This document shows, piece after piece, positions 17,826-24,758 of a stretch of DNA of 35,857 nucleotides. The notes below the pieces were generated by a model. That model had not been told where the DNA came from, did no database searches, and saw only the letters and a program-made list of their open reading frames with translations. Positions within the stretch are counted from its first letter, which is position 1; each line of letters starts with the position of its first letter. Position numbers and translations under genes: made by a program. The stretch spans positions 1 through 35,857 of IMG/VR virus record IMGVR_UViG_3300028635_000359. One strand, written 5' to 3'. Source of the DNA: a virus. Its lineage: Duplodnaviria > Caudoviricetes.

Positions 17826-20221
17826 TTAGAAATGTATCTTTGTTCTTCTCTCTTTGATCTCCTCTCTTCAATAAGAGCTTTTTGTTCTTGAACGCTATCA
17901 TAAATACGTTCTACATCATCTAAGGTTTTAACCTCCTGAAGTTTTCCCCAACAATAACCAATTTTAAAATCACAAGGAATAACTAATTTGATCCCAAAAA
18001 CATCTATTTCTTGTTCAGTTATTTCCTTCATTCGTTTCATTACTTTATAAATCGTGTTCAAATCATCATCGACAGAATCTAGGGAAGAGTCATGAACTTG
18101 AAGAAGAAAATCTGCTTCTGGAACCTCATCATGACAACGAATAATAGATTGGTTCATGTACGAAACTGAGGTTGATTGAGGAACAGCAGCAGTTGCTTTA
18201 CGAATAGTATCTTCAGAGATTGGACCAAAAAACTGAATCTTTCTTCCGAAAGGAGTTTCAAAAAGTTTTGTCTTTTCTAATTGCTTACGAACAGCCTTAT
18301 GCCATTCTTCAAGAGAAGGATGGAGTTTATGGTATCCAGACATAAGACGTGACGCTTCACTTTTTGAAGTCTTTAAAAGAGTGCTCATAAGCTTGACTCC
18401 AAGTAAGTAATGCGTACCATGAGCAATCTTCTTTGCTGTCTGACGATGTGTTTTGCGATTTACTTTTTCTATGGGAATGTCAAAGAGAAACGCCGCTGTT
18501 TCTGAGTGGAGATCCCTTTCATCGAAAGCACGAAGCCATTCAGAATCCTTACAAAGAGCGGCAACAACTCTAGCTTCGGCTTGGCTTAGGTCCCTTTCAA
18601 TAAAGATCTTCCCTGGGTCTGATATATAGAAGATTCTGACCTCAGATGGCTGGTTTTGGTAGTTATCTCCAGTCCCGAAAATACTCGCTGAGGAGGAGAG
18701 ACGCCCTGTATAGGTGCCATGGATTTTTAAGGCGTATCGAACTCGTCCGTCTTCATTTACCTTCAACTTGTAAAACTTACTCATTGTCTTGTATTCTTTT
18801 AGCTTTGAGATAAGTTGAAGCCTTTGTGAGTACGGAGTAGGAAAAGTAGATAAGTAATCAATAGCATCACCATCACTGGTAGGCTTTCCATTCTTTTTTT
18901 GAAGGGGCATCTTCCAGTCATCATATATTAGTTTTTTAAGCTGAACATGAGAATTTACATTTACAGGACCTATCGTTTCCTCTTTGATCCTCTCAAGAAT
19001 ATCTATAGCTCTCTCGTTTTTATCAGCAAACTCCTCGACTGCATAAGGGTCAACATCCATGCCACGAAGCATAGCAGAAAGGCAAGGACGGATAAGTTTC
19101 ATATCAAAATCATAAACTTTTTCTGTTCCCCAGGACTTAAGCTCCTCACCTATTTTGGGATCAATTTCTTTTGTTAAGCAACAATCCTTACCACAATAGA
19201 TGTAAAACTTTTCCCAGTCAATGTTACCATAAACTTTCTTTATTTCTTTATCTGCATTAAGGGCTTTTCCCTCTCGACCTTCATCTTTCCAATATGGCTC
19301 AAAGGTATAAACTGATGAGCAAAAAGCGAGAGATTTAGGAAGGGTTGGATAAGCCGCATGCTGCTTAAGCATGGTATCACAGACAATGTTTTTATAAAGA
19401 ATGCGATAATAATACGCTCCATGCAGGCAATCGAAAAGGGCATTATGAAATCCTTTAGGGGTTGATGACTTTGCCATTTTTCCTATCGCCCTTAAGACAG
19501 AGGGCAGTTTTAGAATTTCTTTTGTAAGAACAAAGGCATGGTCTTCCTCGAAAGCCATACCGTAAGCAGTCATTATCTTTCCTGCGGTTTCAATGTCAAT
19601 AATAAGAAGGTCGTTGAAGTCGGTAAATTTCTCAAGAAGTGCTATAGCCTCAAAAGGAGATTTTATGATTTCAACATCCCTTCTTGGATAGAATATTTTA
19701 CTTGTTTCACAATCACTGATAGCTTTTGCTAAATCGTTTACAACTACTGGTTCATATTTTCCGTTACCCCGGATTAGGTATCCAGCATGAAATGTTGAAT
19801 AAACCTTTAAGTCCTCAACAAGTGAGCAAGGAACCGCTGTTCCACGATACTTTGTTATGCCCGAAAGACCAGTCAGCATTTCAAAGGCTTTTGCTCCCAA
19901 GGCTATAACTGTAGTTAATCCTTGCTTCTTCCAGGCTATTAAATCTTTACGAAGCTGCTCACGACCAAACTCAATTTCCTCTTTTGGTAATGTATCATAG
20001 ACATTTTTAAAAGGTTGGACATGAACAGTATTTGTTATAGGAACAGCATAACGGTCAACTCCAGCTGCTTTAAAAAGCTTGTTCATGTAATACCCTTCAG
20101 GCCCTGTAAAGGGTATTCCAGTTTGCATCTCTACTGCTCCTGGAGCCTCAGCAACAATAGCATATTTAAATCTGTTTGAGGTACATTTGAAATCAGGTAT
20201 ATATTGGATTAATTTTTTCAT
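17813..20221 (-). CDS. polA: Family A DNA polymerase with N-terminal uracil-DNA-glycosylase-like domain and 3'-5' exonuclease
   Basis: UDG motifs AEAPG..E...G.PF.G..G, VIALG and TFH; exonuclease DIET, HNALFD, YCGKD; polymerase TGRLSS, DLSQAEAR, R.TAK...G..Y, QVHDS. Confidence 0.95.
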   Translation of the reverse strand: MKKLIQYIPDFKCTSNRFKYAIVAEAPGAVEMQTGIPFTGPEGYYMNKLFKAAGVDRYAVPITNTVHVQPFKNVYDTLPKEEIEFGREQLRKDLIAWKKQGLTTVIALGAKAFEMLTGLSGITKYRGTAVPCSLVEDLKVYSTFHAGYLIRGNGKYEPVVVNDLAKAISDCETSKIFYPRRDVEIIKSPFEAIALLEKFTDFNDLLIIDIETAGKIMTAYGMAFEEDHAFVLTKEILKLPSVLRAIGKMAKSSTPKGFHNALFDCLHGAYYYRILYKNIVCDTMLKQHAAYPTLPKSLAFCSSVYTFEPYWKDEGREGKALNADKEIKKVYGNIDWEKFYIYCGKDCCLTKEIDPKIGEELKSWGTEKVYDFDMKLIRPCLSAMLRGMDVDPYAVEEFADKNERAIDILERIKEETIGPVNVNSHVQLKKLIYDDWKMPLQKKNGKPTSDGDAIDYLSTFPTPYSQRLQLISKLKEYKTMSKFYKLKVNEDGRVRYALKIHGTYTGRLSSSASIFGTGDNYQNQPSEVRIFYISDPGKIFIERDLSQAEARVVAALCKDSEWLRAFDERDLHSETAAFLFDIPIEKVNRKTHRQTAKKIAHGTHYLLGVKLMSTLLKTSKSEASRLMSGYHKLHPSLEEWHKAVRKQLEKTKLFETPFGRKIQFFGPISEDTIRKATAAVPQSTSVSYMNQSIIRCHDEVPEADFLLQVHDSSLDSVDDDLNTIYKVMKRMKEITEQEIDVFGIKLVIPCDFKIGYCWGKLQEVKTLDDVERIYDSVQEQKALIEERRSKREEQRYISKWIN

Positions 20222-20236
20222 GTTTTTCCTCATAAA

Positions 20237-20331
20237 ATGGCCATAGAACCAATGAAAAAACCGGGTTAATATAAAACCATTGGTGAAAAGGTTCTATGTC
20301 ATGTCGGTATATATAAAGCCCAGCGAAGGGC
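20237..20331 (-). promoter_or_regulatory. Structured leader (nested inverted repeats) upstream of the polymerase
   Basis: CATAGAACC/GGTTCTATG, ACCAATG/CATTGGT and GCCC/GGGC pairs. Confidence 0.5.
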
Positions 20332-20341
20332 ATGTTTTAAC

Positions 20342-20373
20342 CCATTATATAATGGATTATTATGCGTTGTCCA
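20342..20373 (-). promoter_or_regulatory. Putative sigma70-type promoter TGGACA-N18-TATAAT, with the -10 inside a 14-bp palindrome
   Basis: Hexamers at 20368-20373 and 20344-20349; CCATTATATAATGG at 20342-20355. Confidence 0.6.
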
Positions 20374-20391
20374 TTTATACCTTTTTAACAC

Positions 20392-20413
20392 CCTAGTTAA
20401 TTGTCATTTGCAA
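20392..20413 (-). promoter_or_regulatory. Conserved 22-bp motif, copy 2 (TTGCAAATGACAATTAACTAGG)
   Basis: Matches the copies at 13913 and 31874; overlaps the methyltransferase stop codon. Confidence 0.6.
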
Positions 20414-21725
20414 TTTGCTCGTCTTCTAACGTTTTAAGCCAATCACGACAATAAGTAACTGCCCTATCATAATTTGCTTTGCTTTTCTCACATCCTATGA
20501 AAGCACGTTTTGTAAGGTAACAGGCTCTAAGAGCATATGCACTGCCGGCGAAGGTATCACAGACAACATCTCCTGGAAGGGAGAACATTTCCAAAAAGCG
20601 GACTCCCAAGCTGTCAGGTTTTTGAGCAATATGGATTCTATCTTTTCCTTTAACTGTGGGATAAGGGAATACATTTGCTTGCCCTTTGATGGAAAGTTCA
20701 GCTCCTGATCCTTTCCATCCAAATACTGCTTGTTCAACTATACTTCCTGGCTTATGGTCTGGATCATTGGAGCGTCCTGAACTGTTAGTTTTGACCCAGA
20801 AGAGCGGAGTGTTGGAAATGAAAAATCCTGCCTTTGACATGAGGTCTTTGATAGGCTTTGCAAAATCGAATGAGGTCCATATAATACAGAACTTATTGGG
20901 TTTAAGGATTCTGTAATAATGCGGAATGCATTCGGCGATAAGAGACATAATTTCTTTAGGATCGTCCTCGTAGGTATCATAATTTTCTCCTCCTCCAATA
21001 TCATCATATTCCATGCCAAAGGGAGGATCAGTAAAAACAAGACTACAGCACTCATCATCAAGACTTTCTAAGAAAGGAACAGCTTCCATAAGCTTAAACC
21101 CTTTCAAAAGATCGTCCATTCTTAGGCTCATAGATGAAATAACCTTTTTTACCCTTTCACTACGAACAGTTTCAAGAAGCTTTTTTCTTTTTATAGACTC
21201 AATAGTATGCATTGCCTCAAAAACAGTTTTGCATTCTTTAACTTCCTCTGGAAACTCCAAGAAAGAAAGCATTCTACTGACATAAGCCTTATCTTTTCCA
21301 ATGATACGACCAGTATCTTCTAATCTCCAACCCTTCTTTTTGCTTTTTCCTCCAGGAACTGCTACACCATAAACAGAAACGTAACTTGCATGTATATCTC
21401 TGACCAGTGAAGCTGCCTCAAGAGGTTTAAAATCTTCCCTCTCGTTGTTTCCTATGAACTGGATTACAAGATCATTGGCAACTTTAAGGTTTTTTCTCTC
21501 CATAAAGTGTTCATATTCTTCAAGTTCTGTATAACCTAAAACCTCGGTTAAGGCACGAAAACGTCTACGCCCTTCGGTAATAACAAATTTATCATCCTGT
21601 TGCTCGACAAGGATAGGATAAAGCAATCCGACTTCTTGGATAGAGAGAGCAAGGCTTCCTACATCAGTTGTTTCTTTACGATAATCAGAGGGTATACAAA
21701 AATTTTCAATGGGTATTTTTCTCAT
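20397..21725 (-). CDS. ParB/Srx-domain plus beta-class amino DNA methyltransferase fusion
   Basis: SIQEVGLLYPILV, EGRRR and N.EREDF (ParB), an HTH, then FTDPPF, H..QKP and DTFAGS in beta-class order. Confidence 0.88.
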   Translation of the reverse strand: MRKIPIENFCIPSDYRKETTDVGSLALSIQEVGLLYPILVEQQDDKFVITEGRRRFRALTEVLGYTELEEYEHFMERKNLKVANDLVIQFIGNNEREDFKPLEAASLVRDIHASYVSVYGVAVPGGKSKKKGWRLEDTGRIIGKDKAYVSRMLSFLEFPEEVKECKTVFEAMHTIESIKRKKLLETVRSERVKKVISSMSLRMDDLLKGFKLMEAVPFLESLDDECCSLVFTDPPFGMEYDDIGGGENYDTYEDDPKEIMSLIAECIPHYYRILKPNKFCIIWTSFDFAKPIKDLMSKAGFFISNTPLFWVKTNSSGRSNDPDHKPGSIVEQAVFGWKGSGAELSIKGQANVFPYPTVKGKDRIHIAQKPDSLGVRFLEMFSLPGDVVCDTFAGSAYALRACYLTKRAFIGCEKSKANYDRAVTYCRDWLKTLEDEQIANDN

Positions 21726-21735
21726 TGCTGCCTCC

Positions 21736-21766
21736 AAGAAAAAGGGGGCTCCGAAGAACCCCCTTC
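21736..21766 (-). terminator. Rho-independent terminator with UUCG tetraloop after the SSB gene
   Basis: GGGGGTTC-TTCG-GAGCCCCC followed by TTTTTCTT. Confidence 0.88.
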
Positions 21767-21778
21767 AAGATAAATCTA

Positions 21779-22153
21779 CTAGCCGTTGAAGGCTTCCATT
21801 GATTTAACCTGGTTGGTCTGGCCGTTACCATCCGTGCGGTCCTTAACCTCCAGGGTAACGGTGGCTTCAGCGCCTTTCAGGTCTTCAGTATCAAGCTCGT
21901 TACCAGACTCGACGCCGATAAGCTCAGCATACTGCTTGACCTTCCACTCAATCGACAGAACCACGTTGTCGAAGAAGTTCTTGCCTTCCATCGGGCCATC
22001 AATAACTGTCCACTTAATAGACAGCATATCATTGCCCTTTGAAGACTTCTTAAGCTCGACATCCACTATTCGAGCAATGTACGTACCAGCGGGGATCGGC
22101 TCAAAGGTTGAACTAACATCTTCCAGATTAAAACCCAAACTAAGTCTTGCCAT
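21779..22153 (-). CDS. DUF669-family single-stranded DNA-binding protein
   Basis: FEPIPAGTY.A.I..VE...S..GN.ML and N.VK motifs; adjacent to the Sak4-like gene. Confidence 0.85.
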   Translation of the reverse strand: MARLSLGFNLEDVSSTFEPIPAGTYIARIVDVELKKSSKGNDMLSIKWTVIDGPMEGKNFFDNVVLSIEWKVKQYAELIGVESGNELDTEDLKGAEATVTLEVKDRTDGNGQTNQVKSMEAFNG

Positions 22154-22201
22154 TGTGTTTCCTCCTAAATGTTTTTTATTTTTGCTACTATCCTTACCTA
22201 C

Positions 22202-23011
22202 CTATTCATCTGTGGGGGGTGTCCAGGTAGGTTCAGGAAACTTCCTGCCATAGGCGGTTTCAAAGAACGGACGAAGCTTTGCATACGTGGGATACTGAAT
22301 GTCAGGAATAAGAGCATAAGATCCAGTATTTGTAACGGGGTCTGGAACGCTTTGCAATGTTCTGATAGCCTTACGATTGTTCCCGCCTCCGCGAAACTCT
22401 GTCTTCATATAAAGGTAGTCAGTAACAATTGCAGGAACAGCATAACGCATCTTAGTTGGGATAAGAATAAGCCGCTGTAACGCTCCAGTAGCTTCATCTT
22501 TCATATACTCTTCATGGCCTAAGAGAATGACCGTGCATTTGCATGAAGCGGCCTTCAAGAACTCGAAAAGCTCTTTCATCTCCATAACGAAAGTGTTCCA
22601 GTCTTGAAGCTGTAAAGGTCTATGACCTGAAGACTTCTCAATTTTTTTCTGTAGAAAGTCAGCAATTCTTGTTAAGTGGTCAAGAACAAGAGTATCGTTT
22701 TCAGTGAGTTTGTAAGAAAGGACCTCAGTCATTTTCTTTACTTTCTCCCATCCCGAAAGGTTCCCAAAAGCTTTTCCGCAAAGTTCTGCAAATTCAGGAT
22801 CGGTAGTTTTTGACTCATCAATACGATACTGCTTAAGGTCGAAATCAAGTTTATACTTTTGTCTTAAGCTTTTAACACTTGCAAGACCATCCTCAGTGCT
22901 GATAAAATGACAGTTTCCAAATTGTGACGCAAGCACTGTCTTGCCAACCTTACCAGGACCCCATAAAAGAATTATAGGTTTTCCTGTTGAAACATCATTA
23001 AGGCTTCCCAT
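22202..23011 (-). CDS. AAA_24 / Sak4-like ssDNA-annealing ATPase
   Basis: LLWGPGKVGKT, TLVLDHLT, DW and ILLGHE; lies between exonuclease and SSB. Confidence 0.82.
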   Translation of the reverse strand: MGSLNDVSTGKPIILLWGPGKVGKTVLASQFGNCHFISTEDGLASVKSLRQKYKLDFDLKQYRIDESKTTDPEFAELCGKAFGNLSGWEKVKKMTEVLSYKLTENDTLVLDHLTRIADFLQKKIEKSSGHRPLQLQDWNTFVMEMKELFEFLKAASCKCTVILLGHEEYMKDEATGALQRLILIPTKMRYAVPAIVTDYLYMKTEFRGGGNNRKAIRTLQSVPDPVTNTGSYALIPDIQYPTYAKLRPFFETAYGRKFPEPTWTPPTDE

Positions 23012-23023
23012 CTTTTTCTCCCT

Positions 23024-23233
23024 TCACTTTATAAAAGTTAGTTGGAGCTTGTCAGCGTTTCCAGAGAAAGAAACTATTGTCCTCATGAACGAACAGCTTT
23101 TGCATGTATGTACAGGAACATCGTTTAAAATTATAGACTTCTTTCCCACGATGATAAGTTCCATCTTGTCTGCAATGGCTGAAATCATCTGTCCTCCACA
23201 GAGAGGACATTTTTTATCGTTCGCTGTTACCAT
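23024..23233 (-). CDS. YgiT-type (MqsA N-terminal-like) zinc finger protein
   Basis: CPLCGG...IILNDVPVHTCKSC. Confidence 0.75.
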   Translation of the reverse strand: MVTANDKKCPLCGGQMISAIADKMELIIVGKKSIILNDVPVHTCKSCSFMRTIVSFSGNADKLQLTFIK

Positions 23234-24003
23234 GCTAAATCCTTTGCTTCTTGGTTTATCTCATACTTTATTTTGATGAGTGTTTGAGCGGTTAAAGCAT
23301 CAGCTTGACAGATTGGTTTATACGGACAAACATGAAAACGTCCGAAAGCATAGCAAGCTGTGGGGTTCTGAGGCCAAATATTATTTTTTGCACAAAGTTC
23401 ACAGTAATCAAGCTCTTGCTCTGTTTCTTTCAGCCATAATTCACACTTATCCTTATCAGGCTGATAATAAATTCTTTCAACACTAGTTTTTACAGGATCA
23501 AAGAGGTTTATCATGATTCCTTTTGCTTCTGGATAACTTTGCTTTCCTCCTATGTAGTAGGAGATAAATTGATCGTTAGGATCAACTTCAATGAAAAAGC
23601 GATTTGTTGTTTTGTTCTCTCCAAACCATAAGACCGAGTCCTTGATGCATCGACTATCTACAACGCCTTTCCATACATGTTTTCCAATAGGAAAGGTAAA
23701 AGATTCCTCTGAATCTCTGACAATGATCATACCTTTAGTTTTCTTCACATAATCTTTTAGCAAAGCTAGAGCAACAAACTTAGTCTTTTTCCTATCCAAA
23801 GGCCATGTTAAACCTTCCAGATAAGCAATGGCAAGGTCTAAGTTGTCAGTTTTATGCCAAATATCAATAGCCTCATGTAAAACTTTCCCGAAGAAAAGGT
23901 CTATGCTTTCTCCTCCCTTTAGCACAAGTCCAAGAACGTACTGGTAATAAAACCTACGCTTGCATAATTTGAAAGTGAAGAAGGAGGAGGAACGAACTAG
24001 CAT
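23227..24003 (-). CDS. PD-(D/E)XK exonuclease (Cas4/RecB-like, Fe-S staple)
   Basis: N-terminal C.RRFYYQY, FG..LH, GVVD, ENKT, Q...Y and C-terminal C......CPY..IC. Confidence 0.85.
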   Translation of the reverse strand: MLVRSSSFFTFKLCKRRFYYQYVLGLVLKGGESIDLFFGKVLHEAIDIWHKTDNLDLAIAYLEGLTWPLDRKKTKFVALALLKDYVKKTKGMIIVRDSEESFTFPIGKHVWKGVVDSRCIKDSVLWFGENKTTNRFFIEVDPNDQFISYYIGGKQSYPEAKGIMINLFDPVKTSVERIYYQPDKDKCELWLKETEQELDYCELCAKNNIWPQNPTACYAFGRFHVCPYKPICQADALTAQTLIKIKYEINQEAKDLAW

Positions 24004-24004
24004 C

Positions 24005-24226
24005 CTAAGCTCCTTTCTTTAGTCCTTTTGCAATTAAAGCATCGAAAGCTTCCATAGAAGCTTTTTCCTTTTTTGACTGTGTTTTACGAGAAGGAGTCTT
24101 TGCCTTGATTTCTTGCTCAAACCTTTCAAGCTCCACAGAATTAAGCTTAGTTACAATGGCTTGAATTTCCTCGTCATCAAGTTCAGATATATCTTTTCCT
24201 TCTAAAAGTTCTTCAAAAGTAGCCAT
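24005..24226 (-). CDS. Hypothetical protein
   Basis: 73 aa with AAGGAG SD; tiles the operon. Confidence 0.75.
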   Translation of the reverse strand: MATFEELLEGKDISELDDEEIQAIVTKLNSVELERFEQEIKAKTPSRKTQSKKEKASMEAFDALIAKGLKKGA

Positions 24227-24246
24227 TTAAAAACTCCTTAAAATGC

Positions 24247-24276
24247 GGGGGATAAGGCCGTTAGACCCTATCCCCC
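24247..24276 (-). terminator. GC-rich hairpin (weak terminator or mRNA stabiliser)
   Basis: GGGGGATAGGGTC-TAAC-GGCCTTATCCCCC with no immediate U-tract. Confidence 0.6.
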
Positions 24277-24292
24277 AAGTGAAAGGGGAAAA

Positions 24293-24694
24293 CTATTCGT
24301 CGTCTACGTCAAGAGCCTCAAGCTTATCAATAATAGCCTGGAAGTCATTCTTCTTGAAGAGGCCCTGAACTTCCCTCTTAAGCTCAGGATTAAGCGAAAG
24401 ATCATTAGCCTTATCCATGATAAGATCAAGTGCACGGTCCTTCTTACTTCTGGAAGAACCTCCACCAGGACGATAATCCTCAACCAGCTGTTCAACCTCT
24501 TCCCTGGACTTGCCCTGCCGGAAACCATCCCTGGCTATTCCCTGCTTCTTTACCTTAAGGCCGCTATTAAGCAGGAACAAAGCGCCTTCCTTGGTGTAAA
24601 GCTCAATAGCCTCCTCCAGTGTCGTCGGCAAAGACATAGAAAATTCCCACTGATCACCCTTACTGCTCTTAACAACCTCATTTGATTCACGCAT
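24293..24694 (-). CDS. Hypothetical protein, probably highly expressed
   Basis: 133 aa with a strong SD and a downstream hairpin. Confidence 0.8.
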   Translation of the reverse strand: MRESNEVVKSSKGDQWEFSMSLPTTLEEAIELYTKEGALFLLNSGLKVKKQGIARDGFRQGKSREEVEQLVEDYRPGGGSSRSKKDRALDLIMDKANDLSLNPELKREVQGLFKKNDFQAIIDKLEALDVDDE

Positions 24695-24758
24695 TTTTAA
24701 CTCCTTTCAAAGATTTTTTGGTTGTTTTGCTTAACCATGTGATTATGTATACGCCATG

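Noticed and set aside
23227-24003. Cas4-like nuclease as part of a CRISPR-Cas system
   Set aside because: There are no other cas genes or arrays; it sits in the usual phage exonuclease-Sak4-SSB module.
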